From a virus (Duplodnaviria > Caudoviricetes), in IMG/VR virus record IMGVR_UViG_3300023259_000001, positions 23,752 to 87,751 of that record: DNA of 64,000 nucleotides, one strand, 5' to 3'. The first letter of the stretch is position 1, and each line of letters begins with the position of its first letter. The notes beneath the pieces were generated by a model, which saw only the letters and a list, made by a program, of their open reading frames with translations, had not been told where the DNA came from and searched no databases. Positions 25,301-31,741 of this stretch are shown piece after piece. A program made the position numbers and the translations under genes.

Positions 25301-27855
25301 TCCGGCTTGTTGGCGATGTAATCGTTGATCTGCGGGTTCACGTCCGACTGGCGCTTGCCCGCGAAGTCGCCCAGATCCCATGGTGCCAGGGCATCATTCA
25401 CCGTCGGCTCGACGCCGGCGTCGGTAGAGTCCGCTATCCGCCGCGCGGTCTGAAGTCCACGGGCCATAGGGGTGGCCTCGATGGAGGTGACGCCCTTGGT
25501 GTTCAGGCCCAGCTTGTCGGCGTCGGCTTCGCCCTTGGGGGTTAACGGCTTGTCGATGTTACCGGTAACAATGTCTTCAGTTTCCGGGTGATTCGCGCCT
25601 ACAGCACCTTGGCCTGATACCCCGCTGCTTGCAGGTTGGCCGCCACCAGGTCCGCCTGGCTGCGCTCCGGGAAGTCCAGGTAATGCTCCGGACTGGTTCC
25701 CTGCTGGTAGAGCCGTTCCAAGTTGAGGAGTTGCTTGAGTTCCTGGAACTGGTGGGGCTTGCGGAGGTTGCTGATCTGTAGTCGGATTGGCATTGGTTGC
25801 TCCGGGAGGCGTGACACTGGCCTGGAAGATATTCACAGGCAGGTTCATTTTAGCGATCTGCCCGCCGGGCTGGGTGTGCTCGAAGCGCACCATGCCATTG
25901 TCGACCGCCGTGACTTTGGCCGTTCCATTGGCCATGGGATAGGATTGGCCTACTTGGGGAGCGGCCAGCTTGCCGTTTTCCATGCCTGAGAGCATGGCGT
26001 CGAGGGGATCGGCGGTGAAAGCGCCTGGAGTTGGCGCTGGGTCCGCTTCGGGCGCGGCTCCGCCAGGCTTGGGTGCTGCACCATCCGGCTCCGCACCGAA
26101 GAACTCCGGATTGAGACGCTGGGACGCGCGCCCACGCCCAGGCAGAAACGGCTCTGGACCAGCAGCCTCGGCGCCCTGCTGTTGCAAAGCCTGATTGGCG
26201 GCCTGCATGCGCTGCTGAAAGTCGGAAGAAAATTCCGGTAGCGGCCGGTTCCCGCCAGCAGTGGGAGGCGTACTGCTTCCGGGCACATTAAAGCCCTGGT
26301 CGTGTGCTGTGGAATTGGCGGCAGCTTCGATCTTGGCGCGCAGGCCATCGGCTACATCCTGGCCGTAGTCCTTGGCGAAACTTTGCCACTCCTGCTCGTA
26401 AATCTGCTGCTTCCCGGCGAGAGCATCCTGCAATGCCTGCGCGCGCACCTCGGGCGGCGCCATCCTGCCCGGCATCCCCTCAACTCCGGGCGCCGGCCTT
26501 ACGCTGGCCGATTCGCTCATCGACGGGGCTTGGCCAGTTTTCAGGTAATTGTCGTAGGTCCGCTGGTTCTCCTGGAGGTCGCGGAAGCGCTGCGCCTGCT
26601 CCTGAACGCCATCGAAAAAGTTCTCGGAGTGCATGGCGGCGTCCAGCACGTCGCTGCCGCTCTGGCCTTGCTCCGGCACTTGCGCCCTGCGTTGCGCCAG
26701 GAGTTCGTTGATCTTTCCGGGAGGAGCACCGGCCTCCCCATAGCCGCGCATCGTGTCATTGAACTGCCGCAACCAGGTTGAGGCGCTGGCTTCTTCAGGG
26801 CTGATCCCATTGCCGCCGTCGAGAAAGGTTTTCACATCGGCTGCGGTGCCTTGCTTTACGGTCTCGCCGTCCTGCACGACGCGCCAAAGGGCAGGCATGC
26901 GCGTGCCGCCGGCCATCGTCGGGGTTCCAGCGTATTCTAAGGTGGCTGGCTTCCCGGCATGGGTGATCGGGTAGCTGGTTTCGCCAAATGCCTGGCCGCC
27001 GCGCGACTCTGACTGAAACATCCTGTCGGCCAGTTCGTTGTGGGCGGCGAGGGCACCGTCCGCTGCATCCAGGACCTTGCCTACGGCGTGCCCGGCGACA
27101 CCCAAACCCACAACCGTGCCGGCGAGGTCCGAGTACTCTGGCGCGATGCCAGCCGCCTTCATAGCTTGCGAAGTCGCGTAGCTGGCCAGCATCGTGCGCG
27201 CTACGCCCGCGACGGTGGCAGCCGGGGCCATTACCAGGCCAGCCGGGATAGCGACGGGCGCGGCAAGATTCATCGCTCCGCTGAGCACGTCCTCCAGCCC
27301 CTTCGCGCCTTGCTTCGACTGCTCTGCCGTCAACGGCGGCTTCGCGGCCACGTCGGGGTTGTAGCCCGCGCCGTACTCGGGGCCCGCCGTCTGGCCGATA
27401 TAGCTGGACAGGGCCTTAACCGGTCCTGCGAGTGCCTGCACGCCATGCACTACGCGTTCCGCATTAGGAAGGACCTCGAATCCGGTATCTACCTGGCCGC
27501 TTGGTACCGGAGTTTCCTCGGCCGCTCCGTGCCAGTGCGCCATGTATGGCCCAGTCAAGCCCGGCGTCGCCGGCCGCGGCACCCCTGGAGGCGGTACGGT
27601 TTGCGACGGCGCAACGCCGGTCGGGAAATCGCCGGCTTCTTCGGCGCCTTCACGCTCGCCCCGCTCCATGGCGGTTTGTAATTCTGCTGGCGTGCTGCGC
27701 TGGACGGCTTGGTCTACGGAGGGATATGCGGGTTGGGCGGGCTTCGCCCCAGGCATGCTTGAAAGCATGTCGTCCAGAGCGTCGGATTGAGGGGGTGATG
27801 CGGGCGCCGCCGAAGGTTTAAGGGTGTCCAGCAGCGCGTCGAGTTGATCGGCCAT
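13372..27855 (-). CDS. Giant DarB-like polyvalent virion protein: permuted His-phosphatase, 2H phosphoesterase, N6-adenine MTase, SNF2-like helicase, helical C-terminus
   Basis: His-phosphatase ~25585-24975; HITV (24561) and HVTI (24339) 2H motifs; FLEPAMGVG, GIELD and NVPF MTase motifs; LAHVVGAGKT, VDEAD, FATGTP and HLDAPWRP helicase motifs. Confidence 0.92.
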   Translation of the reverse strand: MADQLDALLDTLKPSAAPASPPQSDALDDMLSSMPGAKPAQPAYPSVDQAVQRSTPAELQTAMERGEREGAEEAGDFPTGVAPSQTVPPPGVPRPATPGLTGPYMAHWHGAAEETPVPSGQVDTGFEVLPNAERVVHGVQALAGPVKALSSYIGQTAGPEYGAGYNPDVAAKPPLTAEQSKQGAKGLEDVLSGAMNLAAPVAIPAGLVMAPAATVAGVARTMLASYATSQAMKAAGIAPEYSDLAGTVVGLGVAGHAVGKVLDAADGALAAHNELADRMFQSESRGGQAFGETSYPITHAGKPATLEYAGTPTMAGGTRMPALWRVVQDGETVKQGTAADVKTFLDGGNGISPEEASASTWLRQFNDTMRGYGEAGAPPGKINELLAQRRAQVPEQGQSGSDVLDAAMHSENFFDGVQEQAQRFRDLQENQRTYDNYLKTGQAPSMSESASVRPAPGVEGMPGRMAPPEVRAQALQDALAGKQQIYEQEWQSFAKDYGQDVADGLRAKIEAAANSTAHDQGFNVPGSSTPPTAGGNRPLPEFSSDFQQRMQAANQALQQQGAEAAGPEPFLPGRGRASQRLNPEFFGAEPDGAAPKPGGAAPEADPAPTPGAFTADPLDAMLSGMENGKLAAPQVGQSYPMANGTAKVTAVDNGMVRFEHTQPGGQIAKMNLPVNIFQASVTPPGATNANPTTDQQPPQAPPVPGTQATPQLGTALPAGNQSGALPGLPGAQPGGPGGGQPASSGVSGQGAVGANHPETEDIVTGNIDKPLTPKGEADADKLGLNTKGVTSIEATPMARGLQTARRIADSTDAGVEPTVNDALAPWDLGDFAGKRQSDVNPQINDYIANKPDEAVPGGESFNDFRGRFIGGLQQAIDSWRPGERPLLLTHSIGVHTAQAWFANGAPASGEISTPAMLQRQHMGPTAMWRIDPQAMEMTPVANTSQDGVFIARHADTAWDNLPKSPPTNQVAPTSLPTTPAAEPVPGQASYVAAAPVAAAPVAGRPVAAPVSQAAPSTSVQFPAAPQSVIPADALGEEGGAGKKPEVSSPQAASNEPAPKFDFASTQANLSGPASKAVVNFGKTIPAKKLAADGREAQPHITVKFGLHGEDPAEVQKLLANEGPITATLGKASLFQTPDADVLKVDVESPDLHRLNSIVSQLPHTDTHPSYQPHVTIAYLKPGEGKQYDGLSVPGVTGQQVKLDTVSFSDKNGKQTDIKLEGKPAGFQEGDRVSFTRNGKQLTGTIRSIEPNRFDQAAQKWVPDENGGTVDIDTDQIAHAGGVPIGRIEAYVPVSQVKKLEPAGGAAATPEPQPVAANRLNLEFTPQADAALQAHFKTPDAYYEAIRFAQKSAKAFIDGEPARLEDVAGKRGADQRRAQIKAGTEEARKNYEGRYKEIDKQLRSVAPGAVRTYASQRMRAEVEDHIPQLIPAPEQFRTFWEGLRTGDKVKVPDGSLTIQEETAFLMQPIMPGGPGGKWAPIGGGTREVYNITAKMPDDSVQKFDREQFEQYLYRGAAPEVVPAGGAAATTAAATPDLSPAAGPAQIAIKGNTFPVKALIRQTVQGVHWNKEEKAWIAPDTPENRAAIKKFKGVTAEPFGQAAPTQKPPATEQLPSMAGFQEATAHPAGPSQGGVRSDMQPVALPPQLSKVLSVPGIAPTPENQPIMEADATPGPATREPVAGTEPVSGGANAPQGEPGEAGLSGPGEIRGGAVEPSAERPGTQPGERAGGRGIAATPRTSPTGDRPADYRITPEDHVGEGGIRQKANDNLEAIRALKRVEAEGRYATPEEQKILVKYVGWGGMPQPFADWGIPREWQGVRAEMDALLTPEEFQSARASTPNAHYTSPLVISKIWDAVRRLGVRDNSSFLEPAMGVGHFYGLMPEDLAEGSRRTGIELDSLSGRISKLLYPETDVHVAGFETVRLPGNFFDAAVSNVPFGNYAIHDPAFKRNPVVTRSIHDYFFAKALDKVRPGGLVAFITSNFTMDKRDGTVRQYLASQADLLGAIRLPNTAFKGNAGTEVTTDIIFLQKRGPGDKPKGEGWTALSEIQGNTERPDGSIGKTTMEVNEYYARHPEMMLGQMGLLGTMYADKSAALTGELTPELLDAAIAKLPENAVHAWEAPDEQSGPVSFADQATVKDGAYALDDNKQLVMRHGDRLVPATNPEWQAKRIKGMIEVRDALREVFRTQIQNAPEPEIKKAIRQLNTVYDHFVAKNGYLSAPQNISAFRGDPDAPVLLSLEQWDAEAKKAEKAPVFRERTVSPAKRIDSAGSAKEALAISLNEKGRIDWMRMQDLTGRTPAEMQAELGPIIYQNPNGNRWETQEEYLSGNVRQKLAEARTVAGQPAMGQQFQRNVDALEAVQPKDLQPEDIEAKMGSSWIPAPYIQQYIAELLGVSPRNVDVSHSEALATWTVKPDRWGANNVANSKTYGTDRFSATDLIEQALNMKTPTAYDIIGSGADTKTVINEKETLAAREMQQQLKDRFRGWAWQDPERAETLGRLYNDEFNSLRLREYDGSHLELPGMAANIKLRPHQKNAVWRIISSGGNTLLAHVVGAGKTYEMIGGAMELRRLGLSKKPLMVVPKNRVEPTGAEFLAMYPGANVLVMAPEQFTAANRAKVMARIATGNWDSVIVSYESFEKLPVSDETFNSYLRDQIADLENYLLEMKAEKADAKLVKQMEKSKKSLEAKLRGKADREAKDTGIGFEELGVDSLFVDEADNFKNLFFPTKMTRVRGLPNTESKRAFDMFIKTQTIAKRNGGRGIVFATGTPVANTMAEMWTMQRYLQPDYLREHGLQHFDAWANTFGEVVPTLEVSPDASGFRMTNRFAKFVNIPELVSGFRLMADVQTASMLKLPVPRLKGGQRTTIAAPASPAQTAYLKDLAARANDIKSGKVKDPRIDNMLKVSTDGRKSALDMRLVDPGEEDFRDSKTNKAVDQIVRIWKDSKANRSAQLVFLDFSKPAEPGQKHKFSVYDDVKAKLIARGIPAKEVAFIHDATGTEEAAQLSHDVNSGRIRVLMGSTQKMGVGLNVQKRLIALHHLDAPWRPRDIEQREGRILRQGNENPEVEIYQYVTEPSFDAKMWDTLKTKAQFIGQVIRGEVSIRTADDVADSALTYAEVAAIASGNPAIREKTVIDAEVRKLDAMRSRHDKQQADLKRESASLPLRIRAEQQALAKFQGDIALREQSPAEFAVGKRTFAGEDARKNAAAAIAKVLNAAKDSREPIAFGNYRGFTLETRYRQPGMTTRGLEPQPLPDIEIKGNWSYSANTNPDAPLGTLASIESAIRNIDRHAEAAQSNITDTQRKLADTNDLLGKPFEQDAKLKNLLQRQAALAKELQTDAADQQAAAAELAEPAAAEEAAGEQGPSSTAPEGLPATGTDVTAANLWQSERAILERPKLEQSPVHLGHQPFFRSADAKYEALIPGTPGLVYLNEAARTIVMAAFQRAGYNAPDFDGLTVGHIVARDLEKTLTAFAATDSEPDAAARIERIRDAVASSRAATGPLVLLDGDLPAARLRDARIEEEFHRQQILRGRGDIEKDHVDPASLAGDPLAQTAVNAVLAKRPALTLPQAYAEVGGTLAREGYGELGLTRSEGVKLFRAYHTELVRKHGEPMRGIIKYVRPRYAKEILAGAGEDYPAANPMVPGTPPASGGTEALAIPRTGQRSAYQPSSLTPEGLPATGTHVTAAASNKNLSRGPTRIESKQSSRLRDLFKTPEDTTDSTESKQGGPGLWISPQGKAIPLTGENGIATHGQTAMKITGAADARTATAKLLDQGYIRVRGGSVQTGKAPVSFDSRLSSALQAAKAGAPGQDIHIDTPEGMAVVPPHETGQFLANPQAYLQPSGTNLLRGEYGGTPADAPWIKRGNAAGWPSSPKEFMWAIKPDGEVASKERTAFINHPDWFEQIGLPSYGPKFDKIQRGTALISTKGEVEIDTLSHDVLSVGVAPKEVYAHFAKQWANKWPGAASAIGGPANSGERGSAPMLTDLTDALVRKFGKDDAPKANYSSMGGLKRILQPGQSLAEVENASSKVFEAALRTGGSMSQASTVLHSAMPAIMKALKGSPVTWDTLATAYDQSRLDGIQDRWNGFADQAAEMTEEDLKDFVYGKYSSERPNPTLQLLSNIEGRAGLAQDLGQTAAALAEAKDWDTLREFLENTFHDAAERVQRVMPAPAFDHVRGLIKSNPGVAAAHQIYKDQVEAVMAQNHALNEGVFSDALGPLDTYYPLIPVDKQTMAGPGRRLPYHPPKNIANAFATGLSSGGYSVHMEDFARRLASAIRANDKATLIKTLRETAWLKPQPGNWDGTFKGPDGEVREGAQVETGQARLVIQNGKVTHIPASFGVMPKFMERGLRPILAKEPSDPNDVAKMMAWANMLATKGPYEFLFHSAGVMGALYSNTPFLGNSGLDKALSLPLIKWAAIRGKLLATDPTTPENIAKLQKMAQAGAMPARSGKVTYSKEFAEATGAKVERASFGPLLFGPKGLDARARILMHDIFTAAFPAEEQTPSNLYHFVNQLGNYTPEFQGEIEKFIKRIGMGPFATAGMTRMVNAVDSYTGAPLAAGGKGPYGKMTPEARAWMWAASSMMAVALWVIGYKLLTGNWPLEDKRAKLFSIPVGGGNGYIDQYRHSKLGNAMWGTGPEVGYLNFDWYNPLPARGARLFGVPQLFQTMQGGGTGAQMAQSAFSDISNSLAHPMEGPASHAMFVLGSGLLGQGYEPYVEPGPKLMPATSNTRKPGFMGGLMPALSSAPAQKHAGYASEVGATIGASIRELNAFYGDVGEHTGFLGSDKGRVGNAWWRMAADLNPVTQGIVQNASSPEKREKALRREAAGH
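16801..16844. repeat. 44-bp direct repeat within the giant gene (partner 17713-17756)
   Basis: 42/44 identical; encodes PEGLPATGT(H/D)VTAA twice. Confidence 0.9.
16845..17006 (-). CDS. Candidate nested ORF (53 aa) in an alternative frame of the giant gene
   Basis: MFVHVTPKKSSPEQEKTTRQQIQWFLERHPP...; AGAGGGA upstream; the stop abuts the 44-bp repeat. Confidence 0.35.
   Translation of the reverse strand: MFVHVTPKKSSPEQEKTTRQQIQWFLERHPPVAEPKPSPSPEPASAAPTNQAA
22605..22853 (-). CDS. Nested alternative-frame ORF (82 aa, amphipathic helical)
   Basis: QWREQNPSAVEQMRRKGNLEKLALAAL...GLEHSQASELADEEL; GGAGG and TATAAT (22867-22862) just upstream; the host frame here is a low-complexity linker. Confidence 0.7.
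   Translation of the reverse strand: MQPQVQQLVNQWREQNPSAVEQMRRKGNLEKLALAALGRYAEVLSNLLRSGLEHSQASELADEELQLPPGPVQPEIDPPITA
24710..24752. repeat. 43-bp element with inverted partner at 54806-54848
   Basis: 37/43 identical; core palindrome GAAACC-N3-GGTTTC. Confidence 0.85.
25599..25793 (-). CDS. Nested alternative-frame ORF (64 aa)
   Basis: MPIRLQISNLRKPHQFQELKQLLNLERLYQQGTSPEHYLDFPERSQADLVAANLQAAGYQAKVL; SD GGAG; the host frame is a Pro/Gly/Gln linker. Confidence 0.6.
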   Translation of the reverse strand: MPIRLQISNLRKPHQFQELKQLLNLERLYQQGTSPEHYLDFPERSQADLVAANLQAAGYQAKVL

Positions 27856-29837
27856 TACTGGAGCAGTCCCTTTTGGCGGGCCAAGGATACCGCGGCGTTT
27901 TCGTCCAGGCCGCGTGTACGGGCACGCGCGCGGATGTCAGCCTCGGCATAGCGTTGGGGAGGCGGTGGGGTCTGGCCGCTGGGCGCGGCTGCTGCCGGGG
28001 CTGCCGGCTTGGCGCCTGGCGCGGAGTTACCCCAGCCATGTTTGGCTTGCAGCTCGTCGGATTGCTGCTGTGAATCGAGCGCTTGCTGGCGCGCGGTCTC
28101 CGAGCCGGCGCGCAGTTCGTCGCGTACTGGATTGGAGTGATTGTATTTGGAGTCCAGGGTGTCTGCCGGCATCGTGCGCGTAGTGCCGGTTCTCGGGTCT
28201 GAATACTGGCTACCTGCGGGCGTAGATGCCGCGATCTCCATTTTCCTGTTGAGGCCCCATGCTTGATTGGCAGCGGCCTGCGCCTTGTTTTTTGCCAAGA
28301 GGTCCTGGCGGACTCCGGACTGATTGTTGGCCGCCCGGTCTGCCGCGATTCCGGCCATCATAGAATGGGTGTCGGCGTTCTGCTGCCCTTGCTGCACACG
28401 GGCATCGCCTTGCGCTATCCGGGCGTCGCGCGCTTCCGCGCTCTCTGTCTGTGTGCCTGTCATGCCGGATCGGATGATCTGGTCGCGATCAGTCGGGCTC
28501 TCCGGGAAGAATCGTTTGAGATCTGGGGCGAGCTGGTTTCGCGCGGCGGTGTAGTTCGCCCGATCTGAGGGCGTGGCCAAGCTGGGATCGACCTGGCCGG
28601 GGCCCATAGCGTCCTGGTCTTTGTCGAATGCCGTCGCCAGCAGGGGGCCAGTCATTTGCAGTCTGCCCTGCAGATCGCGGGTTTGATCTTGCGGGGGGAT
28701 AAGCGCTTGCTGTGCGGCTGCGCGCGCTTGGTCGCTGTATTGGACAATCGGTACACCGTTCTTCGCCACGAGCATTTGGCCGTTGGCGTCGCGCGCCACG
28801 GGAAACAGATTCCCAATCATCTCATTAGGGACGCCTCCCTGCTTCGCCAGCAACACCTGATGGTTCAGATCGTCCTGGGTTGGGCTGGAAGCTACGGCGG
28901 TCCGCCCGAATTTCGTCTGATCTTCGACGGTCTTCAGGTTGCCCTGCACAGCTTCCTGGGTGTTCTTCAGAAGGTTCACGGCATTAGCCGCTACTCTTTG
29001 TGCATCTGGATTGGAGTCGAATAGGTGGCCGGCCCAATCTGCGGGCTTGCCCAGGCCGCCGGCTCCCGTATCCGTGTACTGATTCGGTAATTGGGCCTCG
29101 GTGAACATCTTGCCGTTCGGGCCTGGGCCGGGCAGTGTCAGCAGTTGATTGCGTGTCTGACGCCAGGACTCCTGTAACTGGGTTGGATCGGGATTCTGGC
29201 CGCGCACCGCGGTAGCGAACGGGGTGACAATCTGCGCGACGTTGTTCGCATTGGACGCCCAGTTCTTGGTGGCTTCCTGCTGCTGGGTGAGCGCGGCGGT
29301 TTCGTTGGCGCGTTGATCGGCGCGCAGCTTATAGAACTGCGGCCCCCACCCGCCGGCTACCGCTCCGCGTTCGACGGCATTCCAGTCGGTGACAGGATAG
29401 CCGTGGATGTCTCCGATCTGGTGCTGGGCGGCTGCGGCCTTGTACTGTGCATCGCTGGTGGGGCCTGCCTGGACTGGAGTCGCCGGTCCGGCTTCGCCGC
29501 CAAAGTCGCCAAACGGGGCGACGGCCGCGGCCATGCTGCTGTTCGCTGCGGGAGGCACCGTGGGCTGTTGCGTGTTCGCGGCGATCAGGCCTGCGAGGCC
29601 GGGCCCGGAGCCTAAGTCCCGCTGGCGTTCCTGCGCCAACAGGTTCTGATTTTGCACCTCAGCCTGCGTGAGTTGGCGACGCGCCATGGCATCCTGCAAA
29701 CTCACCATCTGCCCCACGTATTGCGCGGCAGAGGGAAACTGCGGGATCTTCACATCAAGCGGGATGGACGAGTAGCTTCCGCCTCCGCCGTAACCTCCGC
29801 CGTATCCACCACCACCGTAACCGCCACCTGGAAACAT
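27855..29837 (-). CDS. DNA ejection/internal virion protein (P22 gp20/gp16-like position)
   Basis: Gln/Ala-rich and helical, between the pilot protein and the giant gene; coupled TAATG. Confidence 0.7.
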   Translation of the reverse strand: MFPGGGYGGGGYGGGYGGGGSYSSIPLDVKIPQFPSAAQYVGQMVSLQDAMARRQLTQAEVQNQNLLAQERQRDLGSGPGLAGLIAANTQQPTVPPAANSSMAAAVAPFGDFGGEAGPATPVQAGPTSDAQYKAAAAQHQIGDIHGYPVTDWNAVERGAVAGGWGPQFYKLRADQRANETAALTQQQEATKNWASNANNVAQIVTPFATAVRGQNPDPTQLQESWRQTRNQLLTLPGPGPNGKMFTEAQLPNQYTDTGAGGLGKPADWAGHLFDSNPDAQRVAANAVNLLKNTQEAVQGNLKTVEDQTKFGRTAVASSPTQDDLNHQVLLAKQGGVPNEMIGNLFPVARDANGQMLVAKNGVPIVQYSDQARAAAQQALIPPQDQTRDLQGRLQMTGPLLATAFDKDQDAMGPGQVDPSLATPSDRANYTAARNQLAPDLKRFFPESPTDRDQIIRSGMTGTQTESAEARDARIAQGDARVQQGQQNADTHSMMAGIAADRAANNQSGVRQDLLAKNKAQAAANQAWGLNRKMEIAASTPAGSQYSDPRTGTTRTMPADTLDSKYNHSNPVRDELRAGSETARQQALDSQQQSDELQAKHGWGNSAPGAKPAAPAAAAPSGQTPPPPQRYAEADIRARARTRGLDENAAVSLARQKGLLQ

Positions 29838-29864
29838 TGTTGAGACTCCTGGAAAATGATCCTA

Positions 29865-29916
29865 AATCTGGAACCAGCGATCCGGCGCGGATGCGACGGG
29901 CGCGGCATCAAACAAT
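29865..29916 (-). repeat. Dispersed repeat copy 2 (inverted relative to 13308-13359)
   Basis: AATCTGGAACCAGCGATCCGGCGCGGATGCGACGGGCGCGGCATCAAACAAT. Confidence 0.95.
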
Positions 29917-29926
29917 CAGCTTTGTT

Positions 29927-30922
29927 CTACGGGTAAGCTGGTGCTGAAGGCGCGGCTATTCCAAGATTGTTATATGCCCCGCCGGTGTAATTGATCGGCT
30001 GGCTGATAGTAGGAGAGGTGCCCGTGTACATTCCCGGCATCTGGAATCCAGACCCCCAGTCCGAAGTCATCCCGCCACCGGTTCCTGCCATTGGCACGCT
30101 ATTGTAGGAATTTCCTCCGCCCATGGAGTTCTGGTACATTTGCGACATTCCATAACCCCCAATTGCGTTAGAGGTTCCTGGCAGAATCGAGCTATAGGCA
30201 TTCGACTGTCCCACAATGCCCGACGCCTGCGCTCCGGCGCCTTGCATCAAGTACTGCTGTGCTTGGTTGGTCCCTTGCAGCCCCAGGTTGGCGCTGCCCA
30301 TTGCCAGTTGGTTGCCCTGTCCCGCTTGCGTGGTGCCGAGTTGGTTGGCCTGCTGCGTTCCAAACTGCCCCGCGCCCAGCAGAGACGTGAGGTTTTGCAT
30401 GGTGTTGGATCTGTTCGTTTGGAACGAGGTGAGAGCTTGGTTGTACGCGGTATTGTACTGGTTTGCCGCGAGGCCGGAAGTAAATTGCGCCAGCGACTTC
30501 TGCGTCCCGGTGCCCAACGCGCCTCCAGTTGCCGCCGCTGATCGCTGGATTCCTTGCGTGCCCTGCTGCAAATTGAACTGATATGCGGGGTTCGAAGCGA
30601 TCTGCGAAGGGTCGAAACTGAACTGCTGGGAGAGGGAGCCGCCTGGTGCTACCGCCGACATCAGGCTGTTCGCGCCTTGCGTTCCAGCTTGGAGGTACGG
30701 ATTCAGATTCGCGTTGAGCGGCTGGTAAATGCCGTTCATCGTGTTGTTCTGATTGGCGATCAATCCCTGGCCGGCAGTGGTGGCGTTGTTCACCGCCGTA
30801 CCGCTGGCCTGGCCCTGCTTCTGCAAGACGCCGGCGGCGTTCTTGGCGGCTTTACCGCCGAAGATTCCGGATAAGATGCTGCCGACGCCGCCGATGCCAG
30901 CGGATATGGCCATGATGGGCAT
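29927..30922 (-). CDS. DNA transfer/pilot protein (P22 gp7-like)
   Basis: Gly/Ala hydrophobic N-terminus, LNPYLQAG, NPAYQFNLQQG...RSAAATGG. Confidence 0.8.
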   Translation of the reverse strand: MPIMAISAGIGGVGSILSGIFGGKAAKNAAGVLQKQGQASGTAVNNATTAGQGLIANQNNTMNGIYQPLNANLNPYLQAGTQGANSLMSAVAPGGSLSQQFSFDPSQIASNPAYQFNLQQGTQGIQRSAAATGGALGTGTQKSLAQFTSGLAANQYNTAYNQALTSFQTNRSNTMQNLTSLLGAGQFGTQQANQLGTTQAGQGNQLAMGSANLGLQGTNQAQQYLMQGAGAQASGIVGQSNAYSSILPGTSNAIGGYGMSQMYQNSMGGGNSYNSVPMAGTGGGMTSDWGSGFQMPGMYTGTSPTISQPINYTGGAYNNLGIAAPSAPAYP

Positions 30923-30982
30923 AGAGGTTTCCTTGGGGGGAGGTGTGAGTTTTGCGGGGCTGGGGTGCTATTGTTGGGTTAA

Positions 30983-31165
30983 ATGATGCCCAAATCGCTA
31001 TCGCCGGAAGAGATGCAGTTTTGGCAGGCGGTCTTCCTCAAGGCCATGGCACTCGGCCCGTGGCCCTCCCTAGCGGTGATTGACGCCACGGAATACGCGG
31101 ACGCCGCGGTCAATGCCCGGCGCCAACGATTCTCGCGAGATCCAGGCATGCTCGGCGACGGCTGA
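30983..31165 (+). CDS. Small antisense cargo gene, probably leaderless
   Basis: TG-C-TATTGT(30969)-8 nt-ATG; fills the intergenic gap. Confidence 0.55.
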   Translation: MMPKSLSPEEMQFWQAVFLKAMALGPWPSLAVIDATEYADAAVNARRQRFSRDPGMLGDG

Positions 31166-31168
31166 AAG

Positions 31169-31741
31169 CTATTCGCCGAAGTGATTGGGCAACAGCAGCG
31201 TGTGCGGATCGAACGGCGCGATCTTCGGCCGCGCCTTCTGGCGCTCGAGCGCGAGGTCGGCGGCGATGGCGTCAATCTCTTCGCGTGTGAGGTCGCAGCC
31301 GGGCAGCCAGTCGGCTACGGACGCAATTACCACCCAGAGCTTGGCGCGGATTTCGCAAAACGGGATGTGCAGTACCGCGCCAACGTCCTTGGGCATGCCG
31401 TCCATCTGCGCGACGTGCGCCTCCGTCAGCGCCCGGTGCAGCCAGCGGTCGCCGTCCGGAACCTGAAATGCCCGGTACGCGGACGCCAGCGCCTCCTCGA
31501 TGTCGCGGTACGAGTACAGCGCGATCGCCCCGCCGTCGCGGAGCAGTTCCTTCTCGCGGTGGCAGAGCCACGGCACCTTGTAGACGGCCCAGCCGCCCCG
31601 TGGGCGCTCAGGTGGGCGGTGGGGAGGCTCGTAGTAGCCGGCGCGCTCTCCAATGCCGCGCAGTTCGACGATCGCGGAGGCGATCTGGTAGAGGACGGTG
31701 GACCCGCTCCGGATCATGCCGCAGCAGAGGATCACGCTCAC
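31169..31741 (-). CDS. Sulfotransferase-family protein
   Basis: 5'-PSB loop GMIRSGST and 3'-PB motif YSYRDIEEALAS; GTG coupled start. Confidence 0.75.
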   Translation of the reverse strand: MSVILCCGMIRSGSTVLYQIASAIVELRGIGERAGYYEPPHRPPERPRGGWAVYKVPWLCHREKELLRDGGAIALYSYRDIEEALASAYRAFQVPDGDRWLHRALTEAHVAQMDGMPKDVGAVLHIPFCEIRAKLWVVIASVADWLPGCDLTREEIDAIAADLALERQKARPKIAPFDPHTLLLPNHFGE

